The notes under the pieces are model-generated. The model was not told the DNA's origin. It ran no database searches and saw only the letters and a program-made list of their open reading frames with translations. Positions 15,068 through 24,881 of a DNA stretch of 63,188 nucleotides are shown piece by piece. The position numbers and the translations under genes were made by a program. Position 1 is the stretch's first letter. Each line of letters starts with the position of its first letter. The stretch is from a bacterium (GTDB lineage: Bacteria; SZUA-182; SZUA-191; JAJRXT01). The stretch spans positions 1-63,188 of the forward strand of contig JAJRUS010000030.1 of assembly GCA_024277675.1 (NCBI GenBank), written 5' to 3'.

Positions 15068-16959
15068 GGGTATTCCAGCAGCCTATCCATTATATCGTCC
15101 AGGCGATTATCTTTATCATAGTATTGGGAGGTTAGTTTGTATAACTCATCTATTATATAATTGGCAAGCGGATTGTGAGGATTCATCTCTAGCACCAACT
15201 TGCACTCTGTTCTGGCTGCTTCCTTCCAGTCATACAGCAGATAGATTACCCCCAGATTAAGCCGGGCCAAAGACAGCGGGGCTTTTTCACTAACATTCTT
15301 GGTAATATCCATTTTTGAAAAGGGAAATTCAGCCACCGCCCCGGCGGCCTGCTGCATATGCCTTTGCGCTTTTATAAGATCTCCTTGCGAGGTGTAAATA
15401 TTGGCCAATAGCAGGTGGCCCAAGGCCCTAGATTGATCGTCTTCAATAATTCTCAAGATGTTATTACAAGTCTTTATGGCTTGTGCCGACTTACCCTGCA
15501 TATGGTATACGATAGCCTTGGCAAAATAGGGATCGGCAAAAAACATCCCGGCGACGATAGACCGATCGAATTCTGCCAGCGCTGAATTTAAGTTCGATTT
15601 GGCCAAATGGCAAATTCCCAATAAGTAATGTCCCAAAACACGATACCACGGGTTGGTCTTTTTAAAACGTGACGGCACCACTAGATTTGGATACATCTTC
15701 AGGTAAAACTTCTTTCCCGCCTCATCAAGTTTACTATCAGGAGCAAAGAAGCTCTGTAACTCGTCCTGGGCCGTATCCCAATCACCAAGCTGCATATAAG
15801 CTAAACCTTGTAGCAGGTACGCTTCTTCAAAACCATAAAAACGATAGATAATTTCACTGGCTTTAGCTGCCGCTTTATCCCACTGCCCGGTCCTTAAATA
15901 AAGCTTAGCCAGGCTAAGTTGCACATCGAACTGCTCAGGCCTGATAAAAACAAGATTTTCATATACTTCTACAGCATTATCCCACTGCATCAACTTCCGG
16001 TAAACCGTACCCAGAAAAAGCAATGTTTTATCAGGTTGATATTTGGCCATTCTGGCTTTTCTCAATTCCTGCGCAGCCTGCATATACTGCGCCTGAACTA
16101 GATAGATCCTGCCCAGCAGAAAATGGGCTGCCGGTTCGGTTGGATCCAATTTCAATATTTCAACTGCAACTGTCTTGGCCTGTTGATACAACTGCTGTTT
16201 AAAATAGAGATTGGCTAATTTTATCTTAGGCGGAATTTCATCAGGTTCCAGTTCAACAATTTTTTTGTATAATTTCATCAGCTCATCGTCTTTTTGTTTC
16301 AGGGCATAAATTTCGGCCAGCCAATAGTAAGCCTTGGCATATGACGGATCCAGGGTTATGACCTTGGTGAGAAACGCCTGAGCCTGTTCTTGATTACCTT
16401 CATCCTGGTATATCCTGGCTAATTTCATATAGGTTTCAATTGAATCATGCTTGCTTTTTATTACCTGCTTAAAATGAAAGGTTGCTGCTTCTGTATCTTG
16501 TTGTTTAAGATAGACATCTCCCAGGAGGCTATGCATTTCAACCTGTATCTTATCCCCCTTTTTGGTCCTTGCCAGCAGATAATTGCCTTTTTCAATAGCT
16601 TTATCCAACCTACCGGTCAGATAGAATATGCGCATCAAGCGTAACTGAGTGTCTAGATGATCGGGTTTGAATTTCAGATACTGATTAAAGTAGGTTAGCG
16701 CCTGTTCTGTTCCCCCAATCTGCTGATACACCACCCCTAATTTATAGTAAGGATCAGCAAAATCAGGGTCTAAGTGGATAGCATACTCTAATTCCGAGAT
16801 GGCCTGGCTCATATTACGCTGATTGATGTACTTCAGGGCTTTCTGGAAACGGAGCCGGCTGTCTTGTTGCGGAGTGCGTTCAACTGTACAACCGGTTGCC
16901 ATGAAGCCAAACAGTAGAACCATCGGCCATATTATTGCCTTTAATTGCTTCTGGTTCAT
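15064..16959 (-). CDS. TPR-repeat lipoprotein (631 aa)
   Basis: Lipobox-like ATGC after a hydrophobic leader; numerous TPRs (DPYYKLGVVYQQIG, AAHFLLGRIYL, ARLNLGVIYL). Confidence 0.85.
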   Translation of the reverse strand: MNQKQLKAIIWPMVLLFGFMATGCTVERTPQQDSRLRFQKALKYINQRNMSQAISELEYAIHLDPDFADPYYKLGVVYQQIGGTEQALTYFNQYLKFKPDHLDTQLRLMRIFYLTGRLDKAIEKGNYLLARTKKGDKIQVEMHSLLGDVYLKQQDTEAATFHFKQVIKSKHDSIETYMKLARIYQDEGNQEQAQAFLTKVITLDPSYAKAYYWLAEIYALKQKDDELMKLYKKIVELEPDEIPPKIKLANLYFKQQLYQQAKTVAVEILKLDPTEPAAHFLLGRIYLVQAQYMQAAQELRKARMAKYQPDKTLLFLGTVYRKLMQWDNAVEVYENLVFIRPEQFDVQLSLAKLYLRTGQWDKAAAKASEIIYRFYGFEEAYLLQGLAYMQLGDWDTAQDELQSFFAPDSKLDEAGKKFYLKMYPNLVVPSRFKKTNPWYRVLGHYLLGICHLAKSNLNSALAEFDRSIVAGMFFADPYFAKAIVYHMQGKSAQAIKTCNNILRIIEDDQSRALGHLLLANIYTSQGDLIKAQRHMQQAAGAVAEFPFSKMDITKNVSEKAPLSLARLNLGVIYLLYDWKEAARTECKLVLEMNPHNPLANYIIDELYKLTSQYYDKDNRLDDIMDRLLEYP

Positions 16960-18054
16960 GTTAATTGTTTCCTGAGATAGGCTTCTATAAATGAATTGAT
17001 TTCTCCATCCATAACGGCTCCGGCATTGCCGACTTCCATCGAGGTACGGTGATCCTTGACCAACTGATAGGGCTGGAAAACATAAGAACGTATTTGATTA
17101 CCCCAGGCAATCCCCTTCTTCTCGGCCTCCAATTCCTCCCGGATTCCCTGGCGTTCTTTACGTCGATATTCATATACCCGGGCCCGCAAAATTTTCATCG
17201 CCGTATCCTTGTTGCGATGTTGCGAGCGTTCATTCTGGCACTGCGCTACAATACCGGTCGGCAAATGGGTAATACGTATTGCCGAATCGGTTACATTCAC
17301 ATGTTGCCCGCCCGCCCCGCTTGACCTGAAGGTATCAACCCTTAATTCCTTTGGATCTATATCCAAATCAATACTATCATCCACCTCAGGGCAGACGAAC
17401 ACCGAAGCAAATGAAGTATGCCGGCGCTTATTGGCATCGAAAGGTGAAATGCGCACCAGCCGATGCACCCCAAATTCGGCCTTTAAATATCCATAAGCGT
17501 ACTCGCCGCTCACCGTAAAGGTAACGCTCTTTAAACCGGCCTCCTCACCGGGCAGCGAATCTACGATCTGGGTTTGATAGCCCTGCTTCTCGGCCCATTT
17601 CAAATACATGCGCAGCAGCATATCCGCCCAGTCCTGGGACTCGGTACCCCCGGCTCCCGGATGGATGGCCACAATCGCATTATTTATATCGTGCTCCCCG
17701 GCCAGCAATGTTCTAAGCTGAAGCTGTCGTAACTCCTGCTCCAGCTTATCCAACTCAGCTTCCAGTTCCGGAAGCATTGAAGCCGCTTGCTCTTCCTCGG
17801 CCACTTCAACCAGTTGGCGAAGCTCATCTCCCTGATGTTCTAACTCATTCCATTTGTTAATTTCATTCTGGAGTGTGGAGCGTTCCTTTAATGTCTTCTG
17901 GGCGGTTACATTATCCTGCCAGAAATCCGGCTGAGATGCTTTAATATCCAACTGCTTAAGTCTCTCCTGCTTGTGCTTTAAGTCAAAGATGACTCCGCAA
18001 ATCATGCACCGAATTCAAATATTGAAACAATCTTTCGCTTAGTTCCTCAAACAT
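16956..18054 (-). CDS. prfB: Peptide chain release factor 2 with programmed +1 frameshift
   Basis: GGQ motif and SPF tripeptide (RISPFD). True start ATG at 18054 gives MFEELSERLFQYLNSVHDLRSHL, then CTT-TGA-C, continuing DLKHKQERL. Confidence 0.97.
17982..17997 (-). promoter_or_regulatory. prfB autoregulatory frameshift site
   Basis: CGGAGTCAT CTT TGA C: internal SD-like GGAG plus the canonical CTTTGAC. Confidence 0.92.
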
Positions 18055-18074
18055 CTTTTTTATCTCCTATATTC

Positions 18075-19643
18075 TTAAAGTTGATGTTTCAAACCCGCCT
18101 TAAGCAAACAACCTGCGGTTACTATTATACACCACCAGCTAAATATATCACCATAATCGGCATAAAAAGTTTTTCCCTTGCAAAGCGCAACCCTATCCAC
18201 CAGGTAGTCGGCTACAAAAATGGAAGTCGAACTCATAATCCGCCCCAACGGATCAATGAAGCCTGAAATACCGGTATTGGCCGCCCGCACCACATAGCTT
18301 CGGTTTTCCACCGCCCGTAAAGTAAGCATGGAAAAATGTTGAAACGGGGCCGAGGTCCTGCCGAACCAGGCATCATTAGTAATATTCACCAAAATCCGGG
18401 CGCCCCGGTCAAAAAATTTGCGCACCACCTGCGGGAAAATAGCCTCAAAGCATATCACCACCCCCAGCTTCCCTTTAGGTATTTGCAGGATTGAATATTC
18501 ACTGCCGGCGCTGAAATCACCTGCCTGAGCTACCAATTTACCGGCAAAACCAAGCATACTTTTAAACGGCACATATTCCCCAAAGGGCACTAAATGCAAT
18601 TTGTGATAAATACCGGCTATTTTCTCCTCCGGGGAGATCAAAAAGGCGCTGTTATATAACCTGGGTTGAAATAAACTCACTTGATAACTGGGGCTGCCGA
18701 ACAGCAGCCAGGTATCCCAGGATTTGACCCAGTTTAGTATTTGAGGTTGATATTTTTCATTCGACTGAAAGTAAAACGGGATGGCCGATTCAGGCCACAC
18801 AATCAACTGTGGTTTCTCCGCCGCCGCCTTTTGGCTTAAGTCCTTATATATCTGTATAGTCTCTGCCTGATAAGCCGGTTCCCACTTCTTATCCTGCTCG
18901 ATATTCCCCTGCACCACCGCTACCTTGAACAACTCCGATTGCTGAATAGAGGTGGTATAGACCGACATCCTCCACCAACCGTAAGCCAGATAAATCAGTA
19001 AAATACTAAGACCGGCCAAACCGGCACGCAAAGCCGGGGGGGGTACTCCCCATTTTCCCCCCGGATAAGTGCGGATAAAAGATATAAATATGCTGGCAAT
19101 TGCACAATTTACAGCCACAATTAAAAAAGAAATCCCATACACCCCGGTCAGCTCGGCCATTTGTATTACCGGCAGGTTGAGGTATTGAGAATAGCCTAAT
19201 AGCGCCCAGGGAAACCCGGACAGCAAATAGGTTCGTAAATACTCTAAGCTAACCCATAAAACCGGCCCCAGCAAACACCATGAAACACCCGTTGCCTTAT
19301 CACACCAACTGAGTATACCGGCAAAAGCCCCCACATATAACGCCAGATAAATCACTAAAAGTAATAGCAGCACAAGACTTATACCCCAACTAAGCTTTCC
19401 GTAAATAGTCAGCGTATAAGCAATCCAGTAAATAGTTCCCAGATAATGTACTACGCCACACAAAATACCGAGCCAGACAGAGCGCCGCATACCCCGGCCA
19501 TAGATTGAAAGCAGCAGGGGAACCAATGCTACCCAGGCCAATATCTCCAGATCGAAGCGAGGGAAGCTCAAGGTAAGCAGGCAGCCGGAAAGCACAGCTC
19601 CAGCGATTGCTTTAAGGGTTATTCTCTCTTCAGTCGCCGGCAC
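18075..19643 (-). CDS. lnt: Apolipoprotein N-acyltransferase
   Basis: VVQGNIEQ, VWPESA, YHKLHLVPFGEYVP, ICFEAIFP, NITNDAWFG, RAANTGIS. Confidence 0.95.
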   Translation of the reverse strand: MPATEERITLKAIAGAVLSGCLLTLSFPRFDLEILAWVALVPLLLSIYGRGMRRSVWLGILCGVVHYLGTIYWIAYTLTIYGKLSWGISLVLLLLLVIYLALYVGAFAGILSWCDKATGVSWCLLGPVLWVSLEYLRTYLLSGFPWALLGYSQYLNLPVIQMAELTGVYGISFLIVAVNCAIASIFISFIRTYPGGKWGVPPPALRAGLAGLSILLIYLAYGWWRMSVYTTSIQQSELFKVAVVQGNIEQDKKWEPAYQAETIQIYKDLSQKAAAEKPQLIVWPESAIPFYFQSNEKYQPQILNWVKSWDTWLLFGSPSYQVSLFQPRLYNSAFLISPEEKIAGIYHKLHLVPFGEYVPFKSMLGFAGKLVAQAGDFSAGSEYSILQIPKGKLGVVICFEAIFPQVVRKFFDRGARILVNITNDAWFGRTSAPFQHFSMLTLRAVENRSYVVRAANTGISGFIDPLGRIMSSTSIFVADYLVDRVALCKGKTFYADYGDIFSWWCIIVTAGCLLKAGLKHQL

Positions 19644-20169
19644 AACTCACCTCTGCCAGATATGCTTTAAAATCAAAATCAGGGCTGTGTTTAGGGGTGT
19701 GGCACAGCATACACACCTTCCTTAGCCGGCAATTAATGCAATCGCCCACCGCATCCCAGCCCGACAGCTTTACATCCTTTATATGTCGGCTGCCGGCGCT
19801 ATGGCAGGCTTCACATTGTACTCCGGCCAGATGAGCGCTATCGGTGGGATTAAGAAAGCCGCCCGGTTCTCCATAACCGGTAGTATGACACCTTAAACAA
19901 CTGGATTGGAGGGACTGTCGTCCTTTTTTAGATAAAGTAGCAAAGGCTTGGGCATGATGTGTATTTTGCCACTTTTTAAACTGCGCAGGATGACAGGCTG
20001 AACACTTATCAGCCCCGACATAACCTCCCGCTTCAGCGCCGGGTAAGCGTTGTGGAACCACTACCACCGGCAAGGGTTTATTATCTTCAGCCGGGCTGTT
20101 ATTGACATAGCCAATCAAACACAAAAAAAATATGCTGCCGGTAATTATCCTTATCCGCTTTAGTAGCAT
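19630..20169 (-). CDS. Periplasmic multiheme cytochrome c (c554/C13-like, 4 CxxCH)
   Basis: CSACH, CLRCH, CEACH, CMLCH plus an extra CINCR; signal peptide if started at 20169 (the track start at 20250 overlaps pgsA). Confidence 0.85.
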   Translation of the reverse strand: MLLKRIRIITGSIFFLCLIGYVNNSPAEDNKPLPVVVVPQRLPGAEAGGYVGADKCSACHPAQFKKWQNTHHAQAFATLSKKGRQSLQSSCLRCHTTGYGEPGGFLNPTDSAHLAGVQCEACHSAGSRHIKDVKLSGWDAVGDCINCRLRKVCMLCHTPKHSPDFDFKAYLAEVSCAGD

Positions 20170-20185
20170 ATTATTAAAACCTGGC

Positions 20186-20782
20186 CTAACCTGGTTCGAC
20201 AGATTTTCTGTATTTTTTGATATTAATCGCATAAATCGCCAGAGAAGCAATGGAGAAGAATATAGTAGTGCGCCAGCCCCATTTAATTACTTCCGCTGAC
20301 AATCTTTCTGGCAATCTTAACAGCACAAACACCACAGTCATTGCCTGGGCGGTAACCATAAGTTTGCCAAACAGGTGCGGCACTACTACAAATGATTCTT
20401 CCAACACCAACAGAAAAAAGCACCAGGCTCCCAACACAAAAAGGTCGCGGCTTACTACTATTATAGTGGCCCAGATAGGAAAATTATACCTAATAGAAAT
20501 AACCACGAAGGCGACATCTATACTTATTTTATCCGCCACCGGATCTAAAAAACTCCCCAAGGTACTTGGTTTACCCCATTTTTTGGCAATAAGGCCGTCA
20601 AAACAATCCGTTAGGATCATTATACCGGCAGTAGCAATAGCCCAAAAATGCAAATAAGGGTATTTATCAGTATAAAGCAGACACAAGGCAAAAACCGGGG
20701 CCAGTACTATTCTTGAAGCAGTTAACGCATTGGCAATATTATTCGCTAAATTCGGGGTTTTAAATTTTGATTTAAATGACAT
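20186..20782 (-). CDS. pgsA: CDP-alcohol phosphatidyltransferase (PgsA-like)
   Basis: ANALTASR and DCFDGLIAKKWGKPSTLGSFLDPVADK signature; substrate specificity not determinable. Confidence 0.8.
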   Translation of the reverse strand: MSFKSKFKTPNLANNIANALTASRIVLAPVFALCLLYTDKYPYLHFWAIATAGIMILTDCFDGLIAKKWGKPSTLGSFLDPVADKISIDVAFVVISIRYNFPIWATIIVVSRDLFVLGAWCFFLLVLEESFVVVPHLFGKLMVTAQAMTVVFVLLRLPERLSAEVIKWGWRTTIFFSIASLAIYAINIKKYRKSVEPG

Positions 20783-20798
20783 GGGGGTCGGAACCCTT

Positions 20799-21566
20799 TC
20801 AGAGACTCAGAGCGGATTTGTCCACCGCATAGATTAAAATCTGACCAAAGGGAACCGGTTGGCGAACCAGAACCTGCTGCTGGCGGATTAGCTCCAACAA
20901 GGCCAGAAAGGTTACAATCAGTTTTAACTTAGTATCCTGTGCTTCAAATAAATCCTCAAAGCTGAGTTGTTTATGCACTAAAAGTTTATTTAAAATAAAT
21001 TCGGTTTGCTGCTCAATATTAATACTACCTGGAGCGGATACCTCGTAATACTCGGCTTGCCCTACCCTGTCAATTACTTGCTGAAAACAGCGCAACAACT
21101 CAAACAAGGATACTTCCAGGCCGGGGTCTTCATTGGAAACTAAATCTTCAGGCGGCGGGGCCTGGCGGGTAAAAATTTCTTCCCGTTCTTCCTCGCATTC
21201 CCGCAATTGCTGGGCTACATTTTTAAATCGCTTATACTCCAAAAGCTGCTGAACCAGTTGTGCCCGTGGGTCTTCGGGTTCAGCTTCCTCCTCACTGGTA
21301 GAAGGCAATAATGTTCTGGACTTTATATATATCAAGGTAGCCGCCATCACCAGGAATTCACCGGCAATATCCAGATTAAGCGTCTCCATCAATTTTAAGT
21401 ATTCTATATATTGCTGCGTTATCATGACAATGGGTATATCATATATATCCAACTCATGCTTACGGATAAGATGCAGCAACAGATCAAGCGGCCCCTCGAA
21501 AACCCCCAGTTTCACCTGATACAAGGATATATCCTTCTTTTGTAAAATAGCGGCACATGACCCCAA
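20799..21566 (-). CDS. scpA: Segregation and condensation protein A
   Basis: FEGPLDLLLHLI, AGEFLVMAATLIYIKSRTLLP, VTFLALLELIR. Confidence 0.95.
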   Translation of the reverse strand: MGSCAAILQKKDISLYQVKLGVFEGPLDLLLHLIRKHELDIYDIPIVMITQQYIEYLKLMETLNLDIAGEFLVMAATLIYIKSRTLLPSTSEEEAEPEDPRAQLVQQLLEYKRFKNVAQQLRECEEEREEIFTRQAPPPEDLVSNEDPGLEVSLFELLRCFQQVIDRVGQAEYYEVSAPGSINIEQQTEFILNKLLVHKQLSFEDLFEAQDTKLKLIVTFLALLELIRQQQVLVRQPVPFGQILIYAVDKSALSL

Positions 21567-21628
21567 AGCTTACCCTATCAACTCGTTTCCTGTAAATTAT
21601 GCGGGCACCCGCATAATTTACCTTAAGC

Positions 21629-22570
21629 CTATTTTTTATTATTCAACAAGCGCAAAGTCCAATCGGGGAGATAATCAATCTTCGGCAATATGTGGTTTTT
21701 GTTCCAGAAATGTACCGAATCACGCTTAAGTTCAAAGCCCAGGGTAGCCTCCAGGCCGCACATCATATCGCAGACTTCGCAGTTTCGTTCCTCCATCGGC
21801 TCCACCGTACATCCATGAGTAATTCTGCCGTCAGCGGTAACCAACAACAAAATCCAGGGGTGACAGAGCTTGTCCGGCCGTCCCACAGTTTTCAAATAGG
21901 AATCGGAACTGAGTATCTTTGGATATTTCCGCTTTAATTCAAGCAGTCGCCGGGCACAGGCTATCCGCTCCTCCCTGGACAACACCAACTGCTCAATATC
22001 CTTATAAGGATACATAAAGTTAAAGATCAGGCCTTTCAAGCTGGTACTTGACAGCTCGCCACAAATATCTTCAAGCTCAGTTACATTAAGCCTCGATAAG
22101 GTAGTCATGGAGTATGTGTTTTTATCCGGATAATCTTTAAGGGTGGCCATAATCTGCCGATAGGCGCCCTCCCCGCGCACTTGATCGTGCGATATCTCAG
22201 TACCATCGATGCTAATCCAGACCGCATCCGAATCCAGGCCATCCAGTTTTCTGGTGCCATTGGTAAACAGCACACAAACCAACCCCTTGCGCTTGATATA
22301 GCTAATAATCTCAGCTATATCATCCCTTAAGGTAGGCTCGCCACCCTCAATAAACACCACCGCACACCCGCGCTTATACAGCGTATCGATAAGCTCCCTC
22401 CAGCGGGCCAGCGGCAGATCACGGGTAACTTTATTGACCCAGGTACAGTGTTTACAGCGCAGATTACAGCGCTGGGTCACCTTGATAGAAGCCACCGCCG
22501 GCGAGGTATCCCCGGCATAGCTGTACTTTAGTTTACGATAAGCAAGATAAACAAGCGAATTGCGGAACAT
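21629..22570 (-). CDS. Radical SAM protein with C-terminal Cys-rich (twitch-like) region, paralog 1
   Basis: CNLRCKHC, EGGEPTLR, FTNGT, SIDG; C-terminal C...C...CEVCDMMC. Confidence 0.9.
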   Translation of the reverse strand: MFRNSLVYLAYRKLKYSYAGDTSPAVASIKVTQRCNLRCKHCTWVNKVTRDLPLARWRELIDTLYKRGCAVVFIEGGEPTLRDDIAEIISYIKRKGLVCVLFTNGTRKLDGLDSDAVWISIDGTEISHDQVRGEGAYRQIMATLKDYPDKNTYSMTTLSRLNVTELEDICGELSSTSLKGLIFNFMYPYKDIEQLVLSREERIACARRLLELKRKYPKILSSDSYLKTVGRPDKLCHPWILLLVTADGRITHGCTVEPMEERNCEVCDMMCGLEATLGFELKRDSVHFWNKNHILPKIDYLPDWTLRLLNNKK

Positions 22571-22584
22571 GAGAAGATTCCTTC

Positions 22585-22742
22585 AATGCTAAAGCTCAAA
22601 TGACAAAACCTTTTTCAGACAGGATATACAGGATGAAAAGAGGTTAAACAATCCTGTCCCATCCTGTTAATCCCGTCAAAAATTAATTTTGGCATTTGGA
22701 TTTTGGGCTTGATTTGAACTTTGGATTTTGACATTTGTCATT
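22585..22742. repeat. Nested REP-like palindromes between radical SAM genes
   Basis: Outer arms caaatgacaaa / tttgacatttgtcatt enclose inner arms acaggatatacaggat / atcctgtcccatcctgt; the inner family recurs at about 58065-58092. Confidence 0.65.
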
Positions 22743-22750
22743 ATTTTCCC

Positions 22751-23725
22751 TCAAAATCTCTTCAGCATATAATCCAAGACAGCATTATTATATGAATACA
22801 GCCCCCAGTAATTGCGATAGGCCATTTTCCTGGTCTCAAAATCACCATCCTTCATAGCGTGCATAAGCGGCACCTGGCTGCAACCGCAGCCCCGACACTC
22901 AGCCTCAGCTCCATAGGCGCAGTGGTATTTGTACTCACCGTCGGCAGCGTAGAACTCAAACAACTTTTTGGTAATACATTTCTCCAGCGAATTCCAGCAG
23001 CTTAAGCCCCCATCGGTTTTTAAATAATGCCCTACCCGCTCGGTAAGGAGGATCTTGTGCCCATACTCACCACGATAACCGACAAGCTCATCCACCACCA
23101 CATCCCTTTCCTTCAGCGGAATGAACTCCTGGTTTGAATCATTGGCTGAAACGCTGGGACAATAAAAACAAAAATATATGCCCCTGACGTTCTCACGATG
23201 CACAAAAGCCTCTATGGTTTCCCGTAAATATGGCCGGTTTGATTGGCATACGGTGATGTGGATCATCACTTTAGTCGATTGCCGATCCAGGACATCGGTT
23301 ACCTTTTTAAAGATGCCCTTACCCCGCAAACCATCATGAATCCGCTCCGGCCCGTCAATGGAGAGCGAATAAAGCGCATTATTAACCGGCGGATAGCCCA
23401 GGGTGCCGTTAGTGAAAATCATCACAAAGTCAAATATCCGGCCGGCCTCGGCGCAGATATTCGGGCGCAAGAGCGGCTCACCCCCCAAAAGATAAATAAC
23501 CTTAAACCCCTTACGGCGCAACTTTTTCATTAAAGCTATCATCTGCCCATCGTCCAAATCAGGATTCTTCTTCTGCCGCCACCAGTAGCAGTGGTTACAG
23601 CGCAGATTGCAGCGGTTGGTTATATCCAGCCCCCCGCCGATGAGCGTCTCCTGCGCCAGATATTTGGAGAAATTAAAGGCGGTGTGATAGCGTCTCAGGG
23701 TATGCAAAAATGACATAATAAACAT
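22751..23725 (-). CDS. Radical SAM protein, paralog 2
   Basis: CNLRCNHC, LGGEPLLR, FTNGT, SIDG; C-terminal C...C...CRGCGC. Confidence 0.9.
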   Translation of the reverse strand: MFIMSFLHTLRRYHTAFNFSKYLAQETLIGGGLDITNRCNLRCNHCYWWRQKKNPDLDDGQMIALMKKLRRKGFKVIYLLGGEPLLRPNICAEAGRIFDFVMIFTNGTLGYPPVNNALYSLSIDGPERIHDGLRGKGIFKKVTDVLDRQSTKVMIHITVCQSNRPYLRETIEAFVHRENVRGIYFCFYCPSVSANDSNQEFIPLKERDVVVDELVGYRGEYGHKILLTERVGHYLKTDGGLSCWNSLEKCITKKLFEFYAADGEYKYHCAYGAEAECRGCGCSQVPLMHAMKDGDFETRKMAYRNYWGLYSYNNAVLDYMLKRF

Positions 23726-23767
23726 CCTATGATATACAACTGAACAGGACCCGACTTGTTGGGCGGG

Positions 23768-24640
23768 CTAATCAAAGAAAAATCTCTTGGTCATCCATAA
23801 CTGGCGGGGATTGGTGCGAAATGGATTTTTCAAAGCCCCCATTATACAGCCGCAACGTGAACAATCTACGCTGTTGCTAAAGCAACGACGCGGCTTAAAG
23901 AAAACATCAAAATGATAAGCATAATCACGCCAATAGCATTTTCGGGCGGCATCCCTGTTCACCAATGCATCCACGGTGGATTTGGTCATATCAACCCAGC
24001 GGCGGTTGGTTTCAATCTGCTGATATATCAGCCGGCGCGCCTCTTCCCGCTGCTCATCATCTAACACCAACTCATCATTCTCACCCACATCCGGGGTATA
24101 AAAATCAAAAACGGCCCCTTTTACCCGTAGCTCCTTGGCCAGGCGAACAATTTCAGCCACCTCCCGATAATTACGCTGACTCAACACACAATTTAATATT
24201 ACCCGCTTATCCCCGCTATAGTTTTTTTCAATCAGGTCGAAGACACCCTGGCCGCGTAAACGGTCATTGGTTTCCCGACCGCCATCCAGAGAAATCACAA
24301 TCCGGTGCTTAAAGCAGCGGTCTATGGGTATGGTACCGTTTGAGATTACCCCAATTCCCGGAAAATGCCGGGAAGCCAGAAACAATACATCCTGCCTCAG
24401 CGCCGGTTCACCCCCCACAAACAATACCAGCTTCACTCCCCTGGCGGAATACTGCCTGAACCGTCCATCCCATTCATCAATTCCAATATCTTCCGGCAGC
24501 GGATCGTTTTTATAATGATAACAATGCGTACAGCGCAAATTACAGCGATTGGTAGCATCAACCTCCATGATGAAGTTTTTCCCTAAAAACAACCGCTTCA
24601 ATTCGCCGGCAACTATATCCAAATAAATACGGGTATTCAT
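23768..24640 (-). CDS. Radical SAM protein, paralog 3
   Basis: CNLRCTHC, VGGEPALR, ISNGT, SLDG; C-terminal C...C...CSRCGC. Confidence 0.9.
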   Translation of the reverse strand: MNTRIYLDIVAGELKRLFLGKNFIMEVDATNRCNLRCTHCYHYKNDPLPEDIGIDEWDGRFRQYSARGVKLVLFVGGEPALRQDVLFLASRHFPGIGVISNGTIPIDRCFKHRIVISLDGGRETNDRLRGQGVFDLIEKNYSGDKRVILNCVLSQRNYREVAEIVRLAKELRVKGAVFDFYTPDVGENDELVLDDEQREEARRLIYQQIETNRRWVDMTKSTVDALVNRDAARKCYWRDYAYHFDVFFKPRRCFSNSVDCSRCGCIMGALKNPFRTNPRQLWMTKRFFFD

Positions 24641-24778
24641 TTGCGGCCTAATATAGCATTTTAAAACCGCAATGGCAAGACAAGCTACCCCATTTTCCTA
24701 TGATAGGCGCTTGATCAATATTCTTACTAAGGATAAATATGGGGGAAACTAACTGGTTTAGCCGGGGAATAAGTTTTT

Positions 24779-24855
24779 CTAGGAGGCTTGTCGGACTTGG
24801 GGGAACAATATTCGATGTTTCGGCCTGTCCTCAGGCCGAAACATGGGGGAACAAT
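24779..24855 (+). repeat. Degenerate IS/MITE end followed by a 13-bp-stem hairpin flanked by 12-bp direct repeats
   Basis: ctaggag(g)cttgtcggactt at 24779; stem atgtttcggcctg/caggccgaaacat at 24815-24844; tgggggaacaat at 24798 and 24844. Confidence 0.7.
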
Positions 24856-24881
24856 TACCTAACCGGACAATGCGAGGATAG

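Noticed and set aside
15010-15076. 11-bp direct repeat as prophage attL/attR
   Set aside because: The copies are only 56 bp apart and bracket an IS end rather than the prophage; no integrase is seen.
19036-19043. G8 tract in lnt as a phase-variation switch
   Set aside because: The frame is intact and lnt is usually essential in diderms; there is no evidence of length variation from a single sequence.
22585-22742. CRISPR array or sRNA in the repeat-rich spacers (also 8220-8300, 32772-32930, 51098-51200)
   Set aside because: No regularly spaced identical repeats with unique spacers and no cas genes; these are dispersed imperfect palindromes.
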